Source: a bacterium (GTDB lineage Bacteria; UBA8248; JACPRG01; G963555815). From it: a stretch of 64,000 nucleotides of DNA. The position numbers and the translations under genes were made by a program. Positions 1 to 10,421 of this stretch are shown in pieces; position 1 is the stretch's first letter; each line of letters starts with the position of its first letter. The notes under the pieces are model-generated. The model was not told the origin of the DNA. It saw only the letters and a program-made list of their open reading frames with translations, and did not search any database. The stretch spans positions 224,001-288,000 of the forward strand of contig CAUVWX020000001.1 of assembly GCA_963555815.3 (NCBI GenBank). Reading direction: 5' to 3'.

Positions 1-13
1 TTAGAATATTCAG

Positions 14-42
14 TGTCTACATTTTTCGTCTCCTTTTGTCAA
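14..42 (-). promoter_or_regulatory. Candidate sigma70 promoter firing leftwards out of the window
   Basis: Minus strand reads TTGACA-17 nt-TAGACA with an A-rich upstream tract; the -10 is imperfect. Confidence 0.35.
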
Positions 43-216
43 CTCTTTTTGGTGAGATATTTTTTCAATTTTTCAAGAGGAACGGTTCAAATGGATGAGA
101 GCAGGAATACGGATAAAAAAGACAGGCCGATTATAACTGCTTGTAATAACTGGAACTAATCGAAACCTGGGTGATTGGATATTCCCTCCGTTTCCCGATC
201 GCCATCCTCTCAAGCC

Positions 217-1212
217 CTACTCCAGCGAGACCTTTTTGCCTATCTTCGCAGATTCATAGGCGGCCAGGACAAAGGCCAGGTCTTGTCTCGCCACCTCGCC
301 GGACATGAGGGGCGTCCTTCTCTCCCTCAGGCTCTGGGCAAACTCCCGATACATCGCCAGGAAACCCCGCCGGTCCCTCAAGGGGCAGGGATAAACCCTC
401 CCTTTCTCCCCAGAGAGAAAGAAGCCGTGGTTCTCGATATAGAGGCTCCCCTCGGTCCCGCTCACGACGCTGAACTGAAAACGTCCAGGCGAGGGGACCC
501 CCCAGGAGTGGACGAGCTCCCCCACCACCCCGTCGCCAAGGTCCGCGAGCATGATCATCGAGTCCTCCCGGGGCACGTTGGGCCGGGTGCGGGGCGCTTC
601 AAGGGCAAAGACGCTCCTCGCCTTTCCCCCCAGCGTCGTCAGGGTATTCACCCAATGAATGCCGCCATCTATCAGGGCCCCGCCGCCCATGCGGTTTTCG
701 TCCGACCTCCACCCCGCGTGGGTCGCCAGGTACAGTGTCTTGACACGGACGAATTTTAGGGCGCCGACGGCCCCCTGCTCGATGAGCTGCTTGGCCTTTA
801 AGACGCTCGGCTTGAAGCGGAAGTTCTCGGCCACCATGAGGAGAACCCCCGCTTCGCTCGCCCGGCGAATAATGGTGTCGGCCTCAGAAAGGCTTCGGGC
901 GATTGGTTTTTCGAGGAGGATATCCTTCCTGTGGACCGCGGCGAGCTCGACCCCCTCCTGGTGGAGGTCATGGGGGGTGCAGATGACGAGGGCGTTGACC
1001 CTCTCATCCCGCGCCGCCGCCTCGTAGGATCCGAACCCCCCCTCTGCGCCAAAACGGCGACGATAAGCCTCGGCCCTTTCTTTGGATCGGCTGGCGAAAT
1101 AGAGGTGGACCTTCGGCCTCAGGGACCGGGCGGCCCAGGCGTGAAGACGGGCGATGTGGCCACAGCCCACGATGCAGATCCCGATGGTCTGAGACGCCGA
1201 AAAAGGGGTCAT
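217..1212 (-). CDS. Gfo/Idh/MocA family NAD(P)-dependent oxidoreductase
   Basis: GCGHIA Rossmann motif, ICTPHDLH, LEKP, GGGALIDGGIH. Confidence 0.9.
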   Translation of the reverse strand: MTPFSASQTIGICIVGCGHIARLHAWAARSLRPKVHLYFASRSKERAEAYRRRFGAEGGFGSYEAAARDERVNALVICTPHDLHQEGVELAAVHRKDILLEKPIARSLSEADTIIRRASEAGVLLMVAENFRFKPSVLKAKQLIEQGAVGALKFVRVKTLYLATHAGWRSDENRMGGGALIDGGIHWVNTLTTLGGKARSVFALEAPRTRPNVPREDSMIMLADLGDGVVGELVHSWGVPSPGRFQFSVVSGTEGSLYIENHGFFLSGEKGRVYPCPLRDRRGFLAMYREFAQSLRERRTPLMSGEVARQDLAFVLAAYESAKIGKKVSLE

Positions 1213-1252
1213 GGAATCTCTTGCGAGGACGGGTTTAGGAATTTTTGGCGAT

Positions 1253-1591
1253 TTAAGACCCTTTTGTCAGGTAATCGCCCAGCATCCCCCGGGAGTGCTC
1301 ATCATCGTGGCAGTAGATGCAAAGGTTTTCCCAGTTGCTCCCGTCAGGGGGGTTATAGGAGTGGTTCCCGTCTTTGTGGTGGACCGTCAAGAGATGGAGA
1401 TGGGAACGGTCGAATTCCCGGCCGCACTTGGCGCAGATCCACCCGTGGATGGCGAGTGAACGCTCCCGGTAGCCCTCGGCGGCCTTCCCCTTGACCTGGC
1501 GGAGAAAATCCTGAATCTCCTCAGGACTGATCTCCTTCTTCACTGGGCCTGGCCGAGAGCGCCCCCCTCTTTTACGAAACCTGGCCCCCAC
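1253..1591 (-). CDS. yajD: YajD-family HNH nuclease
   Basis: YRERSL..WICAKCGREF..LTVHHKDGNH.NPPDGSNWENLCIYCHDDEH. Confidence 0.85.
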   Translation of the reverse strand: MGARFRKRGGRSRPGPVKKEISPEEIQDFLRQVKGKAAEGYRERSLAIHGWICAKCGREFDRSHLHLLTVHHKDGNHSYNPPDGSNWENLCIYCHDDEHSRGMLGDYLTKGS

Positions 1592-1747
1592 CCTGAAAAT
1601 GCCTCCAGACAGAATCTCTAAATCTTGATTTTAACAGAAATATGGTGGAAAGTTATCCCCTCAGGCAGCTCAAGACATTCCGTTTAGGGAATAAATCGGA
1701 GGTTTGTCGACTTGAATTCAGCAGGGCTTTTAGATGAGGAGGAAATC

Positions 1748-2083
1748 ATGCGGAAAATGGTAGCGGCGGCCTTTGGGGTAGTTCTTTCGCTGTGGCTGAT
1801 CGGCTCCCCTTTGGGCGCCTGGGGCGAAGAAACCCACCAGGTCATCATCCAGGATTTCAGCTTCAAGCCTCCTAAACTGACCATCAAGGCGGGGGATTCG
1901 ATTAGGTTCATCAACGAGGACTACGACGCTCATACCGCCACCGAGGACGCGAAGGGGGGCTTCGACGCGGGCCATCTCGACAGGAAGGCCGTGAGGACCG
2001 TCACCTTTGAAGAGCCGGGGGTCTATCCCTACGGGTGCAGTTATCACCCCGCCATGGAGGCTGTTATCGAGGTCACCCCATAA
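1748..2083 (+). CDS. Secreted cupredoxin (amicyanin/plastocyanin-like type-1 copper protein)
   Basis: Signal peptide; F.P..LTIKAGD.I.F.N, HTAT and C-x2-H-x2-M (CSYHPAM) ligands; GAGGAGG RBS before ATG 1748. Confidence 0.9.
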   Translation: MRKMVAAAFGVVLSLWLIGSPLGAWGEETHQVIIQDFSFKPPKLTIKAGDSIRFINEDYDAHTATEDAKGGFDAGHLDRKAVRTVTFEEPGVYPYGCSYHPAMEAVIEVTP

Positions 2084-2084
2084 A

Positions 2085-2119
2085 AAAAGAGGGGATGCCT
2101 TCCGGGCATCCCCTCTTTT
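2085..2119. terminator. Bidirectional intrinsic terminator
   Basis: AAAAGAGGGGATGCC-TTCCG-GGCATCCCCTCTTTT perfect inverted repeat between convergent genes. Confidence 0.9.
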
Positions 2120-2128
2120 CTACTCTTC

Positions 2129-2560
2129 CTAAATTTGCTCTTCTTTTTCGGACTTTTCCTCCATCCTCACTTCAAACCGGATGCCCGCCTTCTTCATCCA
2201 GGCTTCCTCATCAAAGCGGTCCTGAAGGTATTTTTCGAAGAGCTCTTCGTTCCGGGTCAGCTTTCGGCTCGACAAGCGTTTCTTGCGATCGAAGTTCACA
2301 CTGCGGGGTCCCCGGGGTTCCTCCTTTTCAGGCTCCCCCTGCCGATCTCCCCGCAGAAGCTCTACCCTAACTTCGGCTCCCCTGTGACCAGGAAATCGTA
2401 GAGCCAGGGCGAGGATGTCGGTCGGGTCAAGGGCCTCTCCCAGCTGAAGGGCCCGTATCTGCGACATAACCTCTTCTGAGGACAAGATGGCGCGAACGAT
2501 GGCCTCGGTCAGCCTTTCAAACCCCTCTTGCCCCTCTTGGGGATCATCTCTCTCCGCCAT
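2129..2560 (-). CDS. Hypothetical charged protein
   Basis: 143-aa ORF with GAGGGGG RBS, ending at the terminator; no family recognised. Confidence 0.7.
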   Translation of the reverse strand: MAERDDPQEGQEGFERLTEAIVRAILSSEEVMSQIRALQLGEALDPTDILALALRFPGHRGAEVRVELLRGDRQGEPEKEEPRGPRSVNFDRKKRLSSRKLTRNEELFEKYLQDRFDEEAWMKKAGIRFEVRMEEKSEKEEQI

Positions 2561-2884
2561 ACCGTTCCCCCTCTAGTCCAACCTCTTAGACCCGACTAGG
2601 AGCTCCACCTCACCCCCCTAATATATCCCAACAGGTCCACTTTTTCCAGCCCTAGTCTACCAGAAATTTTTAAGGCCGAAAAATCCACGTTTTGCAGGCG
2701 GGGCCGGGGCGTCAAACGCTAAGGATTGAAACCCATTGAGGAGAAAATCCCCCCGGTCAGCCATTGCGATCTCCGAGAGGAACCCCTACGTCACCCACCG
2801 GTGTCCCTCCCTGCGGAGAGCGATCCTCTCCACGGGGCATTATCTCACCTTTCCAGTGCCGCTGTAGTAAAAGGGGAGCACCCG

Positions 2885-4219
2885 TCACTCCTGAAGGTCG
2901 AAGACGGTCTTGGTGACCAGCTCCACTGTATCGCTGGAGAGGAGAAAAATCTCTTCGTCCGTGGCCCGTTTCGCGTACCAGTTTTCCTGGCCTGCCACCT
3001 GCTGGCCGATGAAAAACCGAAGGGGGTCCTCCTTCCCCTCGACCGTCAGGCTAATCCGCCGGGTCGGGTCGGCCAACACCTTGGGGTCTGGGCGCTCGGC
3101 AGGGTCATCAAAAAATCCGGCAATCTTGGCGAATTTGATATCCCGGAGAAGGTCGCTGATCCGCTGCTCGCTCCCCTTGAGCGTGTCAGGCCCTTCGATC
3201 CGCCATTCGTCCTCCTTCTTCTTGGCCACCACCTCCCCATCAGGCCCCTGGATCTCCACCTGGACCACAGCCTCCTTCTCAAAGTCGAAAATTTTCCGAT
3301 CTCGGACCTCCAAGGTCTCCTTGGGCAGATCCTCCACCCTCCACCTCTCTAAAGTGAATACGGGGCCCGAGGTTCCCCTTCTGGCATAGTAGCCGTCCTC
3401 CGCCGGCTTGCCGATGAGGAAGATGACAGGCTCTTTGCCCGCCTCTTTCGCAAAAGTAAGCCGAATATCAGGGGGGGCAAGGCCGTATTGTTCCAGGTCC
3501 CTAGGGTCCTCCTCTGGGAAGGACTGTGCCTTCCCTCTCAAGAAGGCGTCCAGGGTGCGGTCCACGACGTCGGCATCGGCCAGGGTCTTGACCGGGACGG
3601 TCAGCTCCCACCCCTCTTCCCCCTTCTTGAGGGCGATCCGCTCCCCTGAGCGCTCGATGACAAGATGGCGAACCTGCGGGCGGGAGATTTTCAGGAGCTC
3701 CTTATCTCGCAAGTCATAGCGGCTCCGTCCGAGCCGCTCCCTGGCACCGGCCTCAAGGAGGAAGACCTGGGAGGACTCATCGACGGAGGCGTAGACCCCG
3801 CTTCCGGTCGGGTTGTCATCCCCCAGATGGAGGACGCCTTTTTCCCCTCCCATCTCAACGTGAACACTGAGCTTCGAAGGTCTTAGGCCGAAATCCCCGA
3901 GCACTGCCTCATCTGAGACGACGCGCTCCTGTTTCAGCTCCTGGAGCCTTTCCAGGAGGTATTGAACGGCATCTTCATCCCCCGCCGTCGAGATGGGTTC
4001 GGTCATCTTCCAGGCGCCCGCCTCCTTGCGAAGCGCGATCCGCTCCTCTCCCCGACGAAGTTCGATAGAAGTCACCTGGGCGGGCTCCAGCCTCAGAAGG
4101 TGGGCCTCGGCCTCCTCGATCTGTTGGTGCTCTCGGGGGCCAGTCACTTTGAGGTAATAGGAGGCCACCGCCAGCAGGACAAGCGTGACGGCCAGAAAGA
4201 TGGTCCGCCTGAAACTCAA
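2885..4219 (-). CDS. DUF4340-like exported protein (tandem repeated domains)
   Basis: N-terminal TM/signal; recurring W.(M/L)..P...AD, (F/Y)GL..P, DLRDK/EVRDRK motifs; position after a GldG-like gene. Confidence 0.8.
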   Translation of the reverse strand: MSFRRTIFLAVTLVLLAVASYYLKVTGPREHQQIEEAEAHLLRLEPAQVTSIELRRGEERIALRKEAGAWKMTEPISTAGDEDAVQYLLERLQELKQERVVSDEAVLGDFGLRPSKLSVHVEMGGEKGVLHLGDDNPTGSGVYASVDESSQVFLLEAGARERLGRSRYDLRDKELLKISRPQVRHLVIERSGERIALKKGEEGWELTVPVKTLADADVVDRTLDAFLRGKAQSFPEEDPRDLEQYGLAPPDIRLTFAKEAGKEPVIFLIGKPAEDGYYARRGTSGPVFTLERWRVEDLPKETLEVRDRKIFDFEKEAVVQVEIQGPDGEVVAKKKEDEWRIEGPDTLKGSEQRISDLLRDIKFAKIAGFFDDPAERPDPKVLADPTRRISLTVEGKEDPLRFFIGQQVAGQENWYAKRATDEEIFLLSSDTVELVTKTVFDLQE

Positions 4220-5793
4220 CGGGCCCTCCTCCTTCGCCTATAGACGATTAACCCCACGAGAAGAACCGCCCCCGGGAGCCCGACGACCGGGAGGAAGAAG
4301 ACGAGTCGGCTTTGAGCCGCCGTAAGAAAAATAGGGCCTCCCCCCTGTCGCTCTCTGGGCCGGATAGAGATGAGATCTTCCTCCTCAGCGAGCCAGCTGA
4401 GGGAATTCATAAAGAGGTCCCGGTTCCCGGAGACCTCCAAAAAATCATTTCGGGCAAACCGGGAATTTCCAAAGACAACGAGGCGGGCCCTTTTGGACTT
4501 GGCGTCGGGGTCTACAACCTCATCAGATGGCTCTGCCTCCACATCCACGTGAGCCGCCACGGGGACAGGCCCTAGAAGGTCCTTCTCTTCGTCAAGTTCT
4601 GCCTCCCCCTCGGCGAGCGTTTCAAGGTCCGTCTCGGCCCAGCTCTCCGGGCTCGTGAGGGCGAGGACCCCCGCAGAGACTCCCTCCGGCTGCCCGTTCC
4701 CCTCCATCACTCGGATTGAGCGGGCGAGGGGAAAGAAGGAGGCCGTTCGGAAGTCCTCGGTGATCTGGTGGGGCTCGTACTGGGTGATGACCGGCGTCAA
4801 AGGGCCCTCCCCCAAGAGGCCGCTCAGGCGATCCACGATCACGTCTTCCTGAAGGAGGAGACCGTAGTCAGCCAGAAACGAGTTCAAGTTGGCTTCGGTT
4901 TGGGGGTCTACCATGAATAGAACTTTCCCCCCCCTTTTGACATAGGTGGAGAGACGTTTGAGCTCCTCTTCGTGGAGGGGTTTTTGGGGACCGCTCACGA
5001 TGACCACGGCGGCGTCGTCAGGGACCTTCTCCGCCCGAAGGAGCAGAAGGTCTTTCACCTCCATGTTCTCGAGCTCGATGGCCCGCTTGACCTGGGAATA
5101 ACCCTCGCTCTCTGTGTTTTCCGGATCGTTCTCGCCGTGCCCTTTCAGGAAGTAGACGACCTTTTTCCCGCTCCGGGTAACCCTCAGGATGGCGTTGGCA
5201 ATGGCCTGCTCCGAGGCCTCCTGGACCCTCTGCTGGTTCCCCCCCGACTCGACGACCAGGGTCCCATATGCCGTGACGTCAAATTGCCTGGCCAGGAGGG
5301 GGTTTCGGTCCAGATCTATGAGCTCATAGCGGAAGCGGCCCGTTTGATAGGCATAACGGTCCAAAAAGCTTCGGGCCCTTCCCCGCTGCGTCTCATCAAG
5401 GAAGGCGGTGACCTGGACTCGTTGATCCCGGGTCTCCAGACCTTTCAGGATCTGCACCGTCTGGTCCGACAGGGAATTCAATTTGTCTTCCGTCAGGTCC
5501 ACCTGGCGATAGTAATTAAAAGAGAGCCCTTCGATGAGGACGGCGATAGCAAGGACGATGGCGATCATAATGGCCACGTTGACCCCGTAGCGGGTAGAGC
5601 GGCGCACCATCCAGGTCCTGATGAGATCCGAGGAGAGATGGAGTCCCAGCGCGATGAGCGCCGCCCCCGCAAGGACTCCAGCCAGATAGGGGGTGGAGAG
5701 CCTGCCCGTGATCCCACCCCCGATCAGGCCCGCGGCGAGGAGCAGGCCCCCGACAGTCCACACCAGAAACGGTAGGCGCTCTTTCCAATCCAC
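4216..5793 (-). CDS. GldG-like ABC auxiliary component
   Basis: DLTEDK..SLSDQT, VYFLKGHGE, GG.VLF.VDP, GNRDLFMNSLSWL, C-terminal TM plus RRRRR. Confidence 0.85.
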   Translation of the reverse strand: MDWKERLPFLVWTVGGLLLAAGLIGGGITGRLSTPYLAGVLAGAALIALGLHLSSDLIRTWMVRRSTRYGVNVAIMIAIVLAIAVLIEGLSFNYYRQVDLTEDKLNSLSDQTVQILKGLETRDQRVQVTAFLDETQRGRARSFLDRYAYQTGRFRYELIDLDRNPLLARQFDVTAYGTLVVESGGNQQRVQEASEQAIANAILRVTRSGKKVVYFLKGHGENDPENTESEGYSQVKRAIELENMEVKDLLLLRAEKVPDDAAVVIVSGPQKPLHEEELKRLSTYVKRGGKVLFMVDPQTEANLNSFLADYGLLLQEDVIVDRLSGLLGEGPLTPVITQYEPHQITEDFRTASFFPLARSIRVMEGNGQPEGVSAGVLALTSPESWAETDLETLAEGEAELDEEKDLLGPVPVAAHVDVEAEPSDEVVDPDAKSKRARLVVFGNSRFARNDFLEVSGNRDLFMNSLSWLAEEEDLISIRPRERQGGGPIFLTAAQSRLVFFLPVVGLPGAVLLVGLIVYRRRRRAR

Positions 5794-5796
5794 GGC

Positions 5797-6564
5797 CTAT
5801 CCCCTCCAGCGATGCGACTCCAGGACACGGAGCGTCAAGAAGAGGCAGACGACACTGAAGTTCAGGTAGTAGACCACGTCTCGGGTGCTGATCAGCCCCT
5901 GCGAAAAGTTGTTGAGATGCTCGATGAGGGAGGCGTGGGAGAGAATCCTTCCAGCGGCGGGGCCGAGAAAGTTCGAGGCCACCCCAATGACCCAGAAGAG
6001 GAGGAGGACCCCGAAGGTGACGAGGGCGGCCACGATCTGATTCTGGGTCAGGGAGGACGCCAGGAGTCCCATGGAGATAAAAGCGGTCCCTAAGAGCAGT
6101 AGACCCAGATAACCCGACAGGATGGGCCCGGCCTCAGGCTGGCCGAAAGCTATCATCATGAGCGGATATAGAGCCGTCAGGGCCAGCATGATGGCATAGA
6201 CAGTCAAGCAGGCCAGGAACTTCCCCATCAACACCTCCCCGTCTCGAAGGGGGTATGTGAAGAGGAGCTCCATCGTCCCCTGCTTCTTCTCTTCGGCAAA
6301 GAGTCGCATCGTCAAAAGCGGGATCACAAAAAGGAGAATGAGCGCCACGATCCCCAGGAGAGGGCTGAAGACTGAGGTGCTGACGCTCAGGCGCGCGAGC
6401 TGGGGGTTTTGGAGGGCCTGTCGGCTGACGAGGGCGAACAGGGTAAATTGGGCGAAGAAGAACCAGCCCGTCAGGACCAGGAAGATGCTCAGGACCACAT
6501 AGGCGATGGGGGAGTAGAAGTAGGATTTCAGCTCCTTCTTGAGGACGGGGACGACGTTACGCAT
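5797..6564 (-). CDS. ABC-2 permease, GldF-like
   Basis: KKELKSYFYSPIAY, TMRLFAEEKKQGTMELLFT, SSLTQNQIVA. Confidence 0.9.
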   Translation of the reverse strand: MRNVVPVLKKELKSYFYSPIAYVVLSIFLVLTGWFFFAQFTLFALVSRQALQNPQLARLSVSTSVFSPLLGIVALILLFVIPLLTMRLFAEEKKQGTMELLFTYPLRDGEVLMGKFLACLTVYAIMLALTALYPLMMIAFGQPEAGPILSGYLGLLLLGTAFISMGLLASSLTQNQIVAALVTFGVLLLFWVIGVASNFLGPAAGRILSHASLIEHLNNFSQGLISTRDVVYYLNFSVVCLFLTLRVLESHRWRG

Positions 6565-7501
6565 CGCCTGTTTCCTCTTCCGTCACCAGCTGGACAAAGA
6601 CCTCCTCCAGGCTGAGGGACACGGGGCGAAGGCCAAGAAGCCCCCACCCGGTGGCGCAGACCGCCTGGGCCAGGTCTCGACGAACATCTTGATCCTGCTC
6701 GGAGTCCACGTAGTAGATCCCCTGACCGGCCTTCCCATCCTGGCGCACAGCCTTCACGCCGGGGACCTCTGAGAGCCTGTGGGTGACCGCCTCAGGGGGT
6801 CCGTCTACCTCCAGGGCGATGGTGGCCCCCTTCTGGATCTGACGCGTCAGGTTCTCGGGGGTGTCCTGGGCCACCACCCGCCCTTTGTTGATGATGACCA
6901 CCCGAGAGCAGGTCATGCTGACCTCGGGCAGGATGTGGGTGCAAAGGATGATGGTTCGCTCGCCCCCCAGGCTACGAATGAGTTCCCGCGTTTCGATGAT
7001 CTGTTTTGGATCGAGGCCCGTTGTGGGCTCGTCCAGGATGAGGACCTCGGGGTCGTTCAGAAGGGCCTGGGCGACCCCCACCCGTTGGCGGTAGCCTTTG
7101 GAGAGATGGCCGATGATGCGGTCGGCCACCTCCCGGACGCCGCAAAGGGACATAGTCTTTGCGATCTGGTCGCGGCGGACCCTTCGGTTGAGACCCTTCA
7201 CATGGCCGACAAAATCCAGGAAATCCCGGACCGTGAGATCTGTATAGAGAGGAAAATTTTCAGGGAGATAGCCCACCCGCCTTCGGACCTCTAGGGGGGA
7301 GCGGAAGACGTCATAACCCGCGACCCTTGCAGTCCCCCGGGTGGCCGGCATATAGCAGGTGAGGATCCGCATGGTAGTGGTCTTTCCGGCCCCGTTGGGT
7401 CCGAGAAAGCCCAGGATCTCCCCCTGCTTTACTTCGAAGCTCACATCCTGGATAGCGGCGACGGATCCGTAGAACTTCGACAGATGTTGGACTTCAATCA
7501 T
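6557..7501 (-). CDS. ABC ATPase, GldA-like
   Basis: GPNGAGKTT, LSKGYRQR, LILDEPT. Confidence 0.95.
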   Translation of the reverse strand: MIEVQHLSKFYGSVAAIQDVSFEVKQGEILGFLGPNGAGKTTTMRILTCYMPATRGTARVAGYDVFRSPLEVRRRVGYLPENFPLYTDLTVRDFLDFVGHVKGLNRRVRRDQIAKTMSLCGVREVADRIIGHLSKGYRQRVGVAQALLNDPEVLILDEPTTGLDPKQIIETRELIRSLGGERTIILCTHILPEVSMTCSRVVIINKGRVVAQDTPENLTRQIQKGATIALEVDGPPEAVTHRLSEVPGVKAVRQDGKAGQGIYYVDSEQDQDVRRDLAQAVCATGWGLLGLRPVSLSLEEVFVQLVTEEETGDA

Positions 7502-7542
7502 CCCGGAGATTTCCTCTCCCGGCGGGCCCGATAACCTCCTCG

Positions 7543-9162
7543 TTACATCCCATGCGCGTGACCGTGGGGCATCTCAGTCGCCTCCTCCTCGGGCTTCTCC
7601 GAGATGAGAACCTCGGTGGTCAGGAGTAGGGCTGCGAGGCTGGCGGCGTTCTGAAGGCCTGTCCGTGTCACCTTCGTGGGATCAATCACACCCGCCGCCA
7701 CGAGGTCCTCCATCTTCTCTGAAACCAGGTTATAGCCCACGTGCCCCTTTGCCGCCTTAATTTGCTGGACGAGGACAGAGCCCTCCAGGCCGGCATTATC
7801 GGCCAGCTGGCGTGCCGGCTCCTCCATGGCCCGCGCTATGATCCGCGCCCCGACCAGACGATCTCCCGTGAGATTCAACTTTTGCACTGCCTGGATGGCC
7901 CGAATGAGGGCCACACCGCCCCCCGGCACAATTCCCTCTTTCACAGCCGCCCGGGTGGCGTTTAGGGCGTCGTCGACTCTGGCCTTCTTCTCCCTCATCT
8001 CGGTCTCTGTGGTAGCCCCCACGCTGATCTTGGCCACCCCTCCTACCAGTTTGGCCAGACGCTCCTGGAGCTTTTCGCGGTCATAGTCCGAGGTCGTCTC
8101 CTCGATGTGGACCCTGATCTGCTTGATGCGGGCCTCGATGTCGGAGGCTTTTCCCGCTCCCTCCACGATGGTGGTATTGTCCTTATCGATATAGACTTTC
8201 TTGGCCTGACCCAGGTCCTGAAGCTGAATATTCTCCAGCTTGACGCCCAATTCCTCGGAAATGCACCGCCCCCCCGTGAGGACAGCGATGTCCTGAAGCA
8301 TGGCCTTCCTTCGGTCTCCGTATCCCGGGGCCTTGACAGCAGCCACCTTGAAGGTCCCCCGAAGCTTGTTGACCACGAGGGTTGCGAGGGCCTCCCCCTC
8401 CACGTCCTCGGCAACGACAAGGAGTGACTTTCCCGTCTGCGCCACCTTCTCCAAGAGAGGAAGAAGTTCCTTCATGCTGCCGATCTTCTTTTCGCTGAGG
8501 AGGAGGTAGGGGTCCTCGAGCTCCACCTCCATCCGCTCGGCGTCGGTGACAAAATAGGGAGAGAGATAGCCCCGATCAAACTGCATTCCCTCGACAACGT
8601 CGAGGCCCATTTCCATCCCCTGGGCCTCTTCGACCGTGATGACACCGTCCTCTCCCACTTTGTCCATGGCCTCTGTGATGAGGTCTCCGATGGCACTGTC
8701 CCCGTTTGCGGAGATGGTGGCCACCTGGGCGATCTCCTTCCCGCCCACGACAGGCTTGCTCTGAGAACGCAGACTCTCCACCGCCGCCGCAACGGCCTCC
8801 CCGATCCCCTGCTTCACATCAGTCGGGTTGGCCCCCGCACTGATATTCTTCAGCCCATTGCGGTAGATGGCCTCGGCCAAGACGGTGGCCGTCGTGGTGC
8901 CGTCCCCCGCATCGTCGCTGGTCTTTCCGGCGACCTCCCGGATCATCTGGGCCCCCATGTTCTCGAAATTTTCAGGCAGGCTAATCTCTTTGGCGACCGT
9001 CACCCCATCTTTGGTCACCCAGGGAGCGCGCCACTTTCTCTCCATAACAACGGTCCGACCGAGCGGACCCAGTGTCACCTTAACGGCCCGAGCGAGTTGA
9101 ATGACCCCCGCCAGGATCTCCCTGCGAGCCTCTTCGTGAAAAGAGAGTTGTTTGGCTGACAT
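7543..9162 (-). CDS. groEL: Chaperonin GroEL
   Basis: [50 protein letters not shown]. Confidence 0.97.
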   Translation of the reverse strand: MSAKQLSFHEEARREILAGVIQLARAVKVTLGPLGRTVVMERKWRAPWVTKDGVTVAKEISLPENFENMGAQMIREVAGKTSDDAGDGTTTATVLAEAIYRNGLKNISAGANPTDVKQGIGEAVAAAVESLRSQSKPVVGGKEIAQVATISANGDSAIGDLITEAMDKVGEDGVITVEEAQGMEMGLDVVEGMQFDRGYLSPYFVTDAERMEVELEDPYLLLSEKKIGSMKELLPLLEKVAQTGKSLLVVAEDVEGEALATLVVNKLRGTFKVAAVKAPGYGDRRKAMLQDIAVLTGGRCISEELGVKLENIQLQDLGQAKKVYIDKDNTTIVEGAGKASDIEARIKQIRVHIEETTSDYDREKLQERLAKLVGGVAKISVGATTETEMREKKARVDDALNATRAAVKEGIVPGGGVALIRAIQAVQKLNLTGDRLVGARIIARAMEEPARQLADNAGLEGSVLVQQIKAAKGHVGYNLVSEKMEDLVAAGVIDPTKVTRTGLQNAASLAALLLTTEVLISEKPEEEATEMPHGHAHGM

Positions 9163-9209
9163 CAGATCTCATCCTCCTTGGGAAGATTTGAAAAGGCAAT
9201 CCACGACTT

Positions 9210-10307
9210 TCAGGAATCCTGGACCGGCGCCGACTCTTCATAAGACTTTTCAAGGCTGGCCACGGTCTGCCCGTCTCTATAGATCCTGACCATCCCGGTG
9301 GACTCAGAGATCGTCACGGCCAGGGCCTTGCTGACCCCTGTGATGGCTGCGGCGGCGGCGTGACGAGCACCCAAACCCTGGGGAAGCGAATCTCCCCCAT
9401 AAACGGCGTTTAGGTAACGCCCTGCAGACAGGACGACCCCGTCGCCGCGGACCACAAAGGCCCCATCTAGAGAAGCGAATTCCTTGATGGTCTCCCGAAG
9501 GTTCGGGTCGAGGATGCTCCGGGTGGCCCCGGGATGCCCCCGGAAGGGATTCATAATCATCTGACGGGAATTGTGGAGGACCTGATCGTGATCTCCCAGG
9601 ACAAAGATGGCCCCAAGGGGTTTCCCCTCCCGCCCCTCGTGGGCCAGCTCCACGGCCAAGTTGAGGGTCGCCGAGAAGACCTTGGGGTCGATAGCCTTGC
9701 GACCCCTCAAGAGGTCACCGACGGTCAATACAAACTCCTGGCCCACCTCGACAAGGGCCAGGGTATCCACATGGGTCCGCTGGGCACCTCCTGAGAGACA
9801 CACGATGAGGTCTCCTGAGGAGACGATGCGCTCTGAAAGCGCCAGGAGGACCACGAGCTTGATCTGATCCACTCGGTTGAGCTGGACGCTGGGGATCCGG
9901 ATGACCCGTTTCCCCCACGCCGAGGCCGTGCGAAATCCATCTACGGTCTTCGCGACCAGGATAACCTCTGCCCCCTTGGCCAGTGGTTTGAGGATTTTGG
10001 GGTCTGTGACGGCGTGGACGTAGAGGAAAATGGCCTTGGCCTTGGCCTTCTCTGCCAAGTTCCGGGCCGCCTCAAGGAGAGAAGGCGTGAAGGTCTCCGA
10101 CGCACGTTGAACGGATCGCCTCTTGGCCGAAACCTTAGGGGCATCTATCCCCTGTTCGTCCAAAGGCTTGGGGGATCTTAAACCCTTTCCCTTAGAAGAT
10201 GGACGAGGGGTGGTTCTGGAAACCTTCTTTCGTCCCTTCTGGCGCCCGCCCAGAGGCCCCCGGGACCTCCCTCTAGACTTTTTCACATCAGAATTAGAAA
10301 CGGACAA
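9210..10307 (-). CDS. Diadenylate cyclase (DisA_N/DAC domain) with N-terminal extra domain, DacZ-like
   Basis: EGREGKPLGA, NPFRGH, ETIKEFASLDGAFVV, GLGARHAAA, ISESTG. Confidence 0.85.
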   Translation of the reverse strand: MSVSNSDVKKSRGRSRGPLGGRQKGRKKVSRTTPRPSSKGKGLRSPKPLDEQGIDAPKVSAKRRSVQRASETFTPSLLEAARNLAEKAKAKAIFLYVHAVTDPKILKPLAKGAEVILVAKTVDGFRTASAWGKRVIRIPSVQLNRVDQIKLVVLLALSERIVSSGDLIVCLSGGAQRTHVDTLALVEVGQEFVLTVGDLLRGRKAIDPKVFSATLNLAVELAHEGREGKPLGAIFVLGDHDQVLHNSRQMIMNPFRGHPGATRSILDPNLRETIKEFASLDGAFVVRGDGVVLSAGRYLNAVYGGDSLPQGLGARHAAAAAITGVSKALAVTISESTGMVRIYRDGQTVASLEKSYEESAPVQDS

Positions 10308-10421
10308 GACACATCCCCCCAGATTCCTCCGGCCGCCTCCCCCTTTGGGGCCGGAGTCTTTCTACCACCTCGGCGCATGGGTCCCGCCTTTTCTCCCTTT
10401 CATTCACCTGACACCTCAGGC

